NCBI GenBank assembly: GCA_009780015.1
Contig: WRAW01000002.1
Coordinates: 12 to 64,011, forward strand
Source: Defluviitaleaceae bacterium
Lineage (GTDB): Bacteria; Bacillota; Clostridia; Lachnospirales; WRAA01
Direction of reading: 5' to 3'
Length of the DNA: 64,000 nt
Both the position numbers and the translations under genes were made by a program. Shown here piece after piece: positions 56,226 to 64,000 of this stretch (its first letter is position 1; every line of letters starts with the position of its first letter). The notes beneath the pieces were generated by a model that made no database searches, was not told where the DNA came from, and saw only the letters and a list, made by a program, of their open reading frames with translations.

Positions 56226-56864
56226 ATGTATCCATACGATTCTGACCCTTCGTATGAAGTTTTTGTCAAGAATGCGGCTTTGCCGCCAGGCAGGGAAGAG
56301 GTTGAGGCAAGCGAAGTTGACGGAGCAGGAAACCAGTCAAGGCGTTTATTAGCTTTTTCCGCTGAGCAGGAAGACGACGCGTTTTCCGGCGATCAAGAAG
56401 ATGAATTCGATGCCGGGCAGGAAGGCGTATTCGCTGCCGAGCATGGAAGGCACGGAGATCGCGGCCGCCGGGGTGGTCGTGGACATGACCGCGGACACAG
56501 AAGACCTCCCAGACCTGGCGGCGGACACGGGCACGACAGGCCTCCTGGGCACGGCGGCGGACACGGGCACGGAGGCGATCCCGGACACGGCGGAGGAGGC
56601 GGACACGGACACAGAAGACCTTCCGGCGCGCCGCCCTCATTCATTCCATCTGAGTCGGCGTCGTTTCGCGCGGTGGATTCGCGCGCGATTTCCCGCTGCT
56701 TGAACAGCTTCACGTACGTTTGGCTCATGTTTGGGCATGGCTTCTGGATGTTTCCGACATTTGTCGGCCCGCGTTCTATCGCGGGATATAGGTGGGGGCG
56801 TTTCGGCTGGACATACACAGGGTTTGACCTTCGCGCGATAAAGTCGTTCACCTGTTCGGGATAG
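56226..56864 (+). CDS. Protein with an acidic N-terminus, a His/Gly/Arg/Pro-rich low-complexity core and a conserved-looking aromatic-rich, Cys-containing C-terminal domain (hypothetical)
   Basis: An AGGGAG ribosome-binding site lies 8 nt before the ATG. The core reads GRHGDRGRRGGRGHDRGHRRPPRPGGGHGHDRPPGHGGGHGHGGDPGHGGGGGHGH. The C-terminus reads C..SFTYVWLMFGHGFWMFPTFVGPRSIAGYRWGRFGWTYTGFDLRAIKSFTC. Confidence 0.55.
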   Translation: MYPYDSDPSYEVFVKNAALPPGREEVEASEVDGAGNQSRRLLAFSAEQEDDAFSGDQEDEFDAGQEGVFAAEHGRHGDRGRRGGRGHDRGHRRPPRPGGGHGHDRPPGHGGGHGHGGDPGHGGGGGHGHRRPSGAPPSFIPSESASFRAVDSRAISRCLNSFTYVWLMFGHGFWMFPTFVGPRSIAGYRWGRFGWTYTGFDLRAIKSFTCSG

Positions 56865-56932
56865 AGCCTGTTTAGTATCACGTTGGTGACCGCTAATCAG
56901 TCACCAACGTGAGATACTAAACAGGCCTCTTA
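56862..56932. repeat. MITE-like palindromic element, copy D (short form consisting only of GAGCCTGTT-type terminal inverted repeats)
   Basis: The sequence is tagagcctgtttagtatcacgttggtgac-cgctaatca-gtcaccaacgtgagatactaaacaggcctctta. The left end supplies the TAG stop of the upstream gene. Confidence 0.7.
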
Positions 56933-57096
56933 GAACCTATTTTCATATTGTTTTCACCATCCCCGCGCTCGAAAAGAAGTGGTTTCGCCGTTGGGCGTGG
57001 GGACGGCAAATTTTTTTGGCCCTACATAAAATCCACATAAAGGTGTGATAGAATGAATCTATCGAAAGAATATATCACATTTTGGAGGTAGCGATT

Positions 57097-57483
57097 ATGA
57101 AGAAGAGAATGGCAGCCCTGATCTTGACCGCCATATTTACGGTAATGCCGCTCACATCAGTATCGGCGCAAGAGCTTACGCGTCCATTTCCAAACAATTT
57201 TGGAAGTTGGGATGAGTGGCAGGAATGGCGATCTGATAACGACCGACGCGGCGGTGGATTCTGTTGGGATGCCGACGGCAACTGGGTCGGCGGGTTTTGC
57301 TGGGACTCTGACGGCAACTGGGTCGGCGGAGGGCCTTGCTGGGACGCTGACGGCAACTGGATAGGCGTAAGCGAGCAGCGCAGGAATGCTGACGGCAGTT
57401 GGATTGGAGGGCCCCGCAGAGGTTCTGCTGAAAATTGGAACAACGGCCGTAGCGGGCGATGCGGCGGACGTATGTGGCGTTAG
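57097..57483 (+). CDS. Small secreted protein with CWDxDGNW(V/I)GG repeats (hypothetical)
   Basis: A GGAGG ribosome-binding site is present. The signal peptide is MKKRMAALILTAIFTVMPLTSVSA-QE. There are three clear repeats and one degenerate repeat (FCWDADGNWVGG, FCWDSDGNWVGG, PCWDADGNWIG, NADGSWIGG). Confidence 0.65.
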   Translation: MKKRMAALILTAIFTVMPLTSVSAQELTRPFPNNFGSWDEWQEWRSDNDRRGGGFCWDADGNWVGGFCWDSDGNWVGGGPCWDADGNWIGVSEQRRNADGSWIGGPRRGSAENWNNGRSGRCGGRMWR

Positions 57484-57563
57484 TTATTAATTGATCGGGT
57501 GGGGGCGGTGATAACTGCCCCTTATTTATAGCTGTTTGGAATGATATTAGAAAGGGATAGCTT

Positions 57564-59792
57564 ATGGAAGCGGTTATTAGCAGCAGGATAAGGATAACGG
57601 GCATGACGTGCGCGGCGTGCTCCGGCAGAATAGAGCGCAAGCTGAGCGCTGCGGACGGGGTGAGGCTCGCAAGCGTCAACCTTACGCTGGAAGAGGCGAC
57701 GGTAAGCTACAATGAGCAGCAGCTAAGTCTTGACGATATCTTGAAAATGGTTGAAGGTATGGGCTATGGCGCGTCTAAAAAGGCGTCGCGCAAGGAGGAG
57801 CAGGAAAAGATTGAAGAGCTGCACAGGAAGGATACAAGGTCGTTAACTTTTGAGCTGATACTGTCGATAATACTTTCAACTCCGATGGTAGTAGGCATGG
57901 TTCTGGATATTACCGGCATACACGAAAACTTTGCGGGACTCCACGATCTAACAATATTCTTGCACAATCCATGGTTTCAGCTTATTCTAACCACACCGGT
58001 GCAGTTCTACGTCGGGCGGAGGTTCTACATACAGGGATACAAGGCGCTGCGAAACGGCTCCGCAAGTATGGACCTGCTGATAGCGAAGGGCACTACGGCT
58101 GCGTTCGCGCTGAGTGTGTACAACGGGTTTTTTGCGCCTTACGCCGGATACGCGGCCATGCCTGACCTTTACTTCGAGGTAAGCGCAGTAATCATAACTC
58201 TTGTGCTGCTTGGCAAGTACTTCGAGCGTACTGCCAAAAACAAGACGACTTCCGCGATAAAGAAGCTGATCGGTCTGTCGCCCAAAACGGCAAGGGTTGA
58301 GAGGGGCGGCGAGCAGGTCGACATTCCCATAGAGGAAGTAATGGTGGGGGATATACTGCACGTGCGTCCCGGCGAGAAGGTTCCCGTTGACGGCATTATA
58401 ACCTGGGGCCGCTCGAGTATCGACGAGTCTATGCTGACGGGTGAATCCCTGCCGGTGGAAAAGACCGTCGGTGACATGGCAATAGGCGCTACGGTCAACA
58501 AGTTCGGAAGTTTTACTATGGAGGCCGCGCGCGTAGGCGAAGAGACCGCCCTTGCGCAGATAATAAGGCTTGTGGAGGAAGCGCAGGGCGGAAAGGCTCC
58601 CATCCAGAAAATTGTTGACAAGCTGTGCAACGTGTTCGTGCCCGCGGCCATCGCTATTGCCGTAGTCACGTTTCTGGGGTGGTCGCTAATCACGGGCGAC
58701 ATTGGTGCGGCGATAATTTACGCCGTGGCGGTGCTTGTAATTGCCTGCCCATGCGCGCTTGGGCTGGCTACCCCCACCGCCATCATGGTGGGTACGGGGC
58801 TTGGCGCGCAGCACGGTATTCTCATAAAGGGAGGCGAACCGCTGGAGCGCTCCCATGAGATCAGCGCGATAGTTTTTGACAAAACGGGTACAATAACGAA
58901 GGGTAAGCCTGACGTGACCGACGTAATTACGTTGGGTGACATGCCTGAGGACGAGATGCTGCGAATCTGCGCTATTGCCGAAAAGAAGTCGGAACACCCG
59001 CTTGGCGAGGTAATTTACGCTTACGGAAAGGAGCGCGGCCAAGGCTCTATACCTGACCCCGACGAGTTCGAGTCTATCCCCGGAAAGGGCGTCCGCGCCA
59101 AGATATCCGGTATGGACGTATACATGGGAACCAGGAAGCTGATGGGCGAGCTTGGCGTAGAAATATCGGAACACGAGGAATGTCTCATAACCCTTGAAAA
59201 CGCCGGAAAGACCGCTATGCTGGCGTTGGTCGACAACGAGCTGCTGGGCATTGTGGCCGTTTCGGATACTCTCAAGGAAACTTCCAAGGAGGCTGTCGAC
59301 AAGCTGCTTGATATGAATATGGAAGTGTACATGCTGACCGGCGACAACGCGCGCACAGCCAAGGCAATCGCCGAACAGGTCGGCATCAGCAACGTCATAG
59401 CCGAGGTATTGCCGCAGAACAAGGTGGCCGAGGTCGAGAAGCTGCGAAAAGCCGGGCATGTGGTGGCGATGGTAGGGGACGGTATTAACGATGCTCCGGC
59501 GCTTGTGGCCGCTGACGTGGGTCTGGCCATGAGCACCGGAACCGACGTTGCGGTGGAGTCGTCCGACATAACCCTGCTTAACGGCGACCTGCTGATGGTT
59601 CCGCAGTCCATCAAGCTCTCCAGGAAGACTATGCGCAAGATCAAGCAGAACTTGTTCTGGGCGTTCATATACAACGCCATAGCCATACCCTTCGCGGCGC
59701 TGGGCATGTTAAGCCCAATGATAGCGGGCGCGGCCATGGCTTTCAGTTCTGTGTCTGTAGTACTGAATTGCTTGACTCTAAAGAAGATTTAG
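57564..59792 (+). CDS. copA: Copper-translocating P1B-type ATPase
   Basis: The N-terminal metal-binding motif is [12 protein letters not shown]. Other P-type ATPase motifs are the TM6 CPC, DKTGT, and GDGINDAP. Confidence 0.95.
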   Translation: MEAVISSRIRITGMTCAACSGRIERKLSAADGVRLASVNLTLEEATVSYNEQQLSLDDILKMVEGMGYGASKKASRKEEQEKIEELHRKDTRSLTFELILSIILSTPMVVGMVLDITGIHENFAGLHDLTIFLHNPWFQLILTTPVQFYVGRRFYIQGYKALRNGSASMDLLIAKGTTAAFALSVYNGFFAPYAGYAAMPDLYFEVSAVIITLVLLGKYFERTAKNKTTSAIKKLIGLSPKTARVERGGEQVDIPIEEVMVGDILHVRPGEKVPVDGIITWGRSSIDESMLTGESLPVEKTVGDMAIGATVNKFGSFTMEAARVGEETALAQIIRLVEEAQGGKAPIQKIVDKLCNVFVPAAIAIAVVTFLGWSLITGDIGAAIIYAVAVLVIACPCALGLATPTAIMVGTGLGAQHGILIKGGEPLERSHEISAIVFDKTGTITKGKPDVTDVITLGDMPEDEMLRICAIAEKKSEHPLGEVIYAYGKERGQGSIPDPDEFESIPGKGVRAKISGMDVYMGTRKLMGELGVEISEHEECLITLENAGKTAMLALVDNELLGIVAVSDTLKETSKEAVDKLLDMNMEVYMLTGDNARTAKAIAEQVGISNVIAEVLPQNKVAEVEKLRKAGHVVAMVGDGINDAPALVAADVGLAMSTGTDVAVESSDITLLNGDLLMVPQSIKLSRKTMRKIKQNLFWAFIYNAIAIPFAALGMLSPMIAGAAMAFSSVSVVLNCLTLKKI

Positions 59793-59803
59793 GAGGAAGA
59801 TGC

Positions 59804-60010
59804 ATGGTAAAGACAATACTTAATGTGGAAGGAATGTCGTGTGAGCACTGTGTAAAGGCTGTGAAGGACGCGGTCGGCGCATTGAACGGCGTTTCCGGCG
59901 TAAGCGTGGACATGAATTTGAACACCGTGATGGTCGACCATAGCGAAAAGGTTGACAAAGCTCAAATTGAAGCGGCGATAAAAGAGGAAGGCTACGGGAT
60001 TGGCAAATAG
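59804..60010 (+). CDS. copZ: Copper chaperone CopZ (HMA domain)
   Basis: The HMA motif GMSCEHCVKAV is present. An AGGAGG ribosome-binding site lies upstream of the ATG at 59804. Confidence 0.85.
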   Translation: MVKTILNVEGMSCEHCVKAVKDAVGALNGVSGVSVDMNLNTVMVDHSEKVDKAQIEAAIKEEGYGIGK

Positions 60011-60707
60011 TATTCTGATTGTCGACGACGAGCAAAAGATTCTGGAAACGACGCGCGATTATCTGCGAAGCAAGGGCTACTGCGTCTATTGCGCCGCAAA
60101 CGGCGGCGAGGCGCTGGAGATTTGGCGCAGGGAGTCCGTATCGCTGATCCTTCTTGACCTGATGCTGCCGGACATGCGCGGCGAAGAGGTTTGCCGTACG
60201 GTGCGCCAAAAGTCGCGGGTTCCGATCATAATGCTTACGGCAAAGGTGGATGAGGAGGATATGCTGAACGGTCTCGGCATTGGCGCCGACGACTATATCA
60301 CCAAGCCGTTCAGCCTCAAGGCGCTGCACGCCCGCATCGAAGCCGTATTGCGGCGTTCACGGGACGACGTCGTGCCTTTGTACAACAAAAGCTCGTGGGG
60401 CGGCGGTGACCTGGAGATCACATTCGATACGCGCACGGTTAAGAAAAAGGGTGAGGACGTGGCTCTTACGCCCAACGAGTTCAAAATACTGTCGGCTCTT
60501 ATGAAGTATCCCGGACGCATACTAACTCGTGACGAACTTATATCTCTTGCTCTTGGCGACAAATTCGACGGCTATGACCGCGCTGTCGACACTCATGTCA
60601 AAAACTTGCGCCACAAGATAGAAGACAACCCAAGAAGTCCCGTGTACATACTAACCGTCTACGGCGTTGGCTACAGGTTCGGGGGTGACAGGTTTGAAAA
60701 AATCTAG
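60000..60707 (+). CDS. OmpR-family response regulator
   Basis: The receiver domain reads ILIVDDE...LLDLMLPDMRG...LTAK. The winged-helix output domain reads LTPNEFKILSALM...VYGVGYRF. The start codon is TTG. Confidence 0.9.
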   Translation: MANSILIVDDEQKILETTRDYLRSKGYCVYCAANGGEALEIWRRESVSLILLDLMLPDMRGEEVCRTVRQKSRVPIIMLTAKVDEEDMLNGLGIGADDYITKPFSLKALHARIEAVLRRSRDDVVPLYNKSSWGGGDLEITFDTRTVKKKGEDVALTPNEFKILSALMKYPGRILTRDELISLALGDKFDGYDRAVDTHVKNLRHKIEDNPRSPVYILTVYGVGYRFGGDRFEKI

Positions 60708-62136
60708 CCTGCGATTTCGGCTTTCGGCGGTCATTGTGATTGTGATGTTCATATCGGCCGCGACGATCATATTCTCTTCAAGCTTCCTTATAGAACGCCA
60801 GTTCAGGAGCCATGTGACGGCTCAAACGGACGAGCGGGCCTATGAGATCGCCCGGAGTCTGCCTCAGGCTTACGACAGACGGCAAGGCTCCTGGAATATC
60901 GATATGGTGCTTTCGATATCGGCCGACGCGGCTTCGCGGGGCTTTGTCATGACCGTTGCGGACAGCGGCGGGGTAACTGTCTGGGACGAAATCAGCCGTG
61001 AACCGGCCTGGTACGCGCATGGCGGCGGACATTCCCGGGGGCGCGGAGGCGGGCCGCGCCATGGCATGATGAGAACGGTAATGCAGTCGGGCTTCGTCGC
61101 CCAGGCAGCTTTGGGCGATGACTTTGTCGTGCGTGATTTTGAGCTCACGCTCGATGATGAGTATATCGGGACTGCCGTCATACGATTCTACGATCCGTTC
61201 TTCCTCAGCGACAGCGAATTCTTGTTTCTTGATTCTATGGTAATTATACTCCTTAGCGTGGTCGGGCTTTCCATGGTTGTCTCGGTACTGGTGGGGGCGG
61301 CAATGTCGCGGCGGATAATTAAGCCCATACTGTGCGCCTGCGACGTGGCCGGACAGATGTCCGGCGGCGATCTTTCCGCGCGTATCGTAGACGAAAGCGG
61401 TATCAAAGAGCTGGACGAACTCAAGGATTCGCTCAACAACCTCGCCGGTTCTCTGGGATGTCAAGACAGCCTGCGCAAGCAGCTTACCGCCGACGTGGCT
61501 CACGAGCTGCGCACTCCGCTTACAAGCGTCTCCGCCATGATAGAATCCATGGTCGAGGGCGTGTACGAACCCACCCCCGAACGCTTGCAGAGCTGTTACG
61601 ACGAAATTAACCGGATATCAAGGATTATAGCTGACCTCGAAAGTCTTGCCAAGGCCGACAGCGACGCGCTGCGCCTGCAAAAGTCGCGCGTGAACATGTC
61701 GCAGATCGTACAGAGCGCGGCCGCAAGCTTCGATGCCGAACTTTCGGCCAAGTCCGTAACGCTTCGCGTCACCGGGGACTGCCCGCCCATAATGGCCGAC
61801 AGCGGACGGCTCAGGCAGGTGGTCGTAAACCTGCTTTCCAACGCCGTGAAGTACACCGAGGACGGCGGCAGAGTCGACGTAGAAATCTCAGCCGTGAACT
61901 GCGGATGTGTCCGCCTGGATGTGCGCGACGACGGGATCGGCATCTCACAAGCCGACCTGCCCCATGTTTTCGAGCGCTTCTACCGCGCCGACAAGTCGCG
62001 CAGCCGCGCGAGAGGCGGATCGGGAATCGGGCTTGCTATAGTCAAGTCGATAGTACAGGCGCATGGCGGGTCGGTGTCGGTCAGCAGCGAACCGGGACGC
62101 GGAAGCTGTTTCAGCGTTATATTACCCGCAAATTAG
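60667..62136 (+). CDS. Sensor histidine kinase (two TM helices, HAMP, HisKA, HATPase_c)
   Basis: The H-box is ADVAHELRTPLT. The N, G1 and G2 boxes are NLLSNAVKYT, DDGIGI and GGSGIGLAIV. The start is uncertain (TTG 60667, GTG 60685 or TTG 60694). Confidence 0.85.
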   Translation: MATGSGVTGLKKSSLRFRLSAVIVIVMFISAATIIFSSSFLIERQFRSHVTAQTDERAYEIARSLPQAYDRRQGSWNIDMVLSISADAASRGFVMTVADSGGVTVWDEISREPAWYAHGGGHSRGRGGGPRHGMMRTVMQSGFVAQAALGDDFVVRDFELTLDDEYIGTAVIRFYDPFFLSDSEFLFLDSMVIILLSVVGLSMVVSVLVGAAMSRRIIKPILCACDVAGQMSGGDLSARIVDESGIKELDELKDSLNNLAGSLGCQDSLRKQLTADVAHELRTPLTSVSAMIESMVEGVYEPTPERLQSCYDEINRISRIIADLESLAKADSDALRLQKSRVNMSQIVQSAAASFDAELSAKSVTLRVTGDCPPIMADSGRLRQVVVNLLSNAVKYTEDGGRVDVEISAVNCGCVRLDVRDDGIGISQADLPHVFERFYRADKSRSRARGGSGIGLAIVKSIVQAHGGSVSVSSEPGRGSCFSVILPAN

Positions 62137-62163
62137 TAGGGAGCAAGAACAGGGGGAAGCGGG

Positions 62164-63369
62164 ATGGAAGCTAAGCAGAGCGCGGAAAACTACAAGTTTC
62201 TGGCCGCGGCGTCGGTCGTATTGCTGTTTTTGGGGCTGATCTACGCGTGGTCGATATTTCACGCGCCGTTTAGCCTGATGTTTCCGTCGTGGACGGTGTC
62301 GGACTTGTCTATGACGTTTACAATATCAATAATATTCTTTTGTGTGGGCAATCTGGCAAGCGGCAGGCTGACAAAGCGAATCGGCAGCGGCGGCATAGTA
62401 CGGATTGCGGCGGCGCTGCTGCTGATTGGCTTTGTGAGCGTGTCGCGGCTTGATCCCTACAGGCCGGATCAGAGCTTGATCGGGCTGCACATATTTTACG
62501 GAGTATTCTGCGGCGCCGGAGTGGGCATGGGCTATAACGCGGTTATCAGTTCTACCGTCAAAAGATTTACAAAAGGCGCGGGCATGATATTGGGCATCTT
62601 GCTCATGATCTATGGCTTTGGCGGTATGATTCTGGGCAGCGTCATAAATGTGCTGATAGCTGAAGCCGGGTTGCTTCGCACATTTCTTGTAATGGCTCCC
62701 GTCGTCGCAATTGTGCTTGTGCTTGGGTCGTTCTTCATCAAGCCGCCGGACGCCTCCGCAGCCGTATCGAACGCGGAAGAGAGCGGCAATGACCACACTC
62801 CCGGCCAGATGCTCAGAACAAAGGTTTTCTGGCTGTTCTTCGTCTGGAAAACGGTGATATGCTCGGCGGGGCTGCTTGTGATAAACAGCGCGGCGCCCAT
62901 TGCGACGGCGTTTGGAGCCCCGGCGGCGCTGGGTCTGATGGTGCTGATATTCAACGGCGCCGGACGCATGGCCTTCGGAGCCGCAATCGACAAGCTTGAC
63001 AGGAAGCGGACGATGTACATAAGCTGCATAGCCTTGCTGCTGGCCGGAGCAAGCCTTTACACCGGTGCGCTTCTGCACAATGTCGCCCTGGTTTTCATTG
63101 GGCTGACATTGATGGGCGCGTGTTACGGCGGGGCGCCTACGCTTTCGGCCTACGTCGTGAAGCTCTTTTTCGGTGGCAGGCACTATTCGTCCAATTTCAG
63201 CATCAACACCATTATGATAGTTCCCGCCGCAATCGTAGGGCCGCTCGTTTCAAGCATCTTGCAGGAACGCTCCGACGGCTCGTACAACTCGACGTTCCTG
63301 ATGATAATAGGTCTTGCCGTCGCGGCGTTCGCGCTGAATGCGGCGTTGAATAAGCTGTCCAAGGTATAG
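62164..63369 (+). CDS. MFS transporter (oxalate/formate antiporter-like)
   Basis: It has about 12 predicted transmembrane helices. The N-terminal pattern is OFA-like (LFLGLIYAWSIF). Confidence 0.75.
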   Translation: MEAKQSAENYKFLAAASVVLLFLGLIYAWSIFHAPFSLMFPSWTVSDLSMTFTISIIFFCVGNLASGRLTKRIGSGGIVRIAAALLLIGFVSVSRLDPYRPDQSLIGLHIFYGVFCGAGVGMGYNAVISSTVKRFTKGAGMILGILLMIYGFGGMILGSVINVLIAEAGLLRTFLVMAPVVAIVLVLGSFFIKPPDASAAVSNAEESGNDHTPGQMLRTKVFWLFFVWKTVICSAGLLVINSAAPIATAFGAPAALGLMVLIFNGAGRMAFGAAIDKLDRKRTMYISCIALLLAGASLYTGALLHNVALVFIGLTLMGACYGGAPTLSAYVVKLFFGGRHYSSNFSINTIMIVPAAIVGPLVSSILQERSDGSYNSTFLMIIGLAVAAFALNAALNKLSKV

Positions 63370-63471
63370 CTGTCTCATAATATATCTTGAAATACAATAC
63401 GAATTCAAAAGGAGTATAGTATTGCTTTCTTGTGTTTTGAGTATATTTGTGTAAAGGAGGCAAGATGTGCT

Positions 63472-63855
63472 GTGAAACAATCTTACAAACTAGACGAAGT
63501 ATGTATCGAAAGAATTCTTAGATATATCAAAAACATCCATGATGCATATATGACCTTTAAAATCACTAGTGCAGACGAATTGGCGTCAAACGACTTAGCG
63601 CATCTCGCTATAACACAGATAATTACCAACATATACGAGTTGAGGCAGAAAATTAGTGCTGATACTCTTGCTAAAGTGCCACTATTTGATAAAATCGGTC
63701 TGAAAGCTGCCCGTAACATAGCAAGCCACGATTATGATAGTCTGGATTTTGACATAATATATAGGCGCACACAACAACTTATCAAACCAGAAATATATGC
63801 CGAATTGGAGAGGGTTAGGGATGTTATCAAGCGCGATAGAACAAGCGATACGTAA
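63472..63855 (+). CDS. HepT-like (DUF86) ribonuclease toxin
   Basis: The R-x4-H-x-Y motif is present (ARNIASHDYDS). An AAGGAGG ribosome-binding site lies about 9 nt before the GTG at 63472. Confidence 0.7.
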   Translation: MKQSYKLDEVCIERILRYIKNIHDAYMTFKITSADELASNDLAHLAITQIITNIYELRQKISADTLAKVPLFDKIGLKAARNIASHDYDSLDFDIIYRRTQQLIKPEIYAELERVRDVIKRDRTSDT

Positions 63856-64000
63856 AGCTGAGCATTACCCATATATTGTGAGGGTTGGCGTGTTTGGTTC
63901 GGCTGCTCGCAATGAAGCGGCAACAGGGAGTGACTTAGACATAATCATTGATTACGATAATAGCTCCGACGATTTTTTGGATAACCTTGATGACTTCATG
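63821..64000 (+). CDS. MNT-type nucleotidyltransferase (antitoxin-like), partial, running off the window edge
   Basis: The translation MLSSAIEQAIRKAEHYPYIVRVGVFGSAARNEAATGSDLDIIIDYD carries the G-S-x10-D-x-D minimal nucleotidyltransferase motif. It overlaps the DUF86 gene by 35 nt. Confidence 0.7.
   Translation, partial: MLSSAIEQAIRKAEHYPYIVRVGVFGSAARNEAATGSDLDIIIDYDNSSDDFLDNLDDFM

Noticed and set aside
56266-56881. Overlapping ORFs 56266..56640 (-), 56349..56612 (-), 56393..56881 (-) and 56401..56703 (+)
   Set aside because: All are alternative frames of the GC-rich His/Gly/Arg/Pro low-complexity tract. Only the 56226..56864 frame has a ribosome-binding site and a non-repetitive C-terminal domain.

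Overview
This window looks like a chromosomal segment from a moderately GC-rich Firmicute, probably a Clostridia-type organism. Evidence for that is AGGAGG-type ribosome-binding sites, lipobox lipoproteins, SLH and copper-amine-oxidase-N wall-anchor domains, and an IspH-S1 fusion.

Gene content, left to right:
- 0.8-6.9 kb: three tandem paralogous aryl-sulfotransferase-like lipoproteins, followed by another lipoprotein.
- 7-19 kb: a cell-envelope glycopolymer locus. It holds two glycosyltransferases, an O-antigen-ligase/TPR protein, an SLH protein, a 1490-aa methyltransferase/repeat-helix/GT2/GT4 protein and an LTA-synthase-like enzyme.
- 19.1-23.4 kb: three co-linear ORFs that are really one reading frame broken by two UGA codons.
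- 24-28.6 kb: a MerR regulator, TrmO, a decayed stretch (TRAP transporter and surface-protein remnants) and a GNAT acetyltransferase.
- 29.2-32.4 kb: an EtfB/EtfA/FAD-oxidase (lactate-type) cluster.
- 32.4-37.0 kb: a low-GC island next to tRNA-Ser, carrying an MmeI-like type IIL R-M enzyme and an uncharacterised two-gene module.
- 37.4-55.3 kb: a secreted cyclophilin, an IS630 remnant, addB with no addA beside it, and a housekeeping block (pta-ackA-yceD-rpmF-plsX-acpP-rnc-cmk-ispH/rpsA).
- 56.2-62.1 kb: two odd repeat proteins, copA-copZ and a two-component system.
- 62.2-64.0 kb: an MFS transporter and a HepT/MNT pair cut by the window edge.

Most notable observations:
- Both in-frame UGAs at 19.1-23.4 kb fall exactly on the catalytic-Cys position of rhodanese-like domains. 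This makes the locus a candidate secreted protein containing two selenocysteines.
- The DUF488-fusion plus unknown-protein module sits beside the R-M gene and may be a defense or toxin-antitoxin system.
- A family of MITE-like palindromic intergenic elements has at least six copies in the window. Three of them supply the stop codon of the upstream gene.
- The giant glycosyltransferase has a near-perfect 42-bp tandem repeat between its methyltransferase and GT modules, which could act as a molecular ruler.

Features I located by hand (repeats, hairpins, revised start codons) may be off by a few nucleotides.
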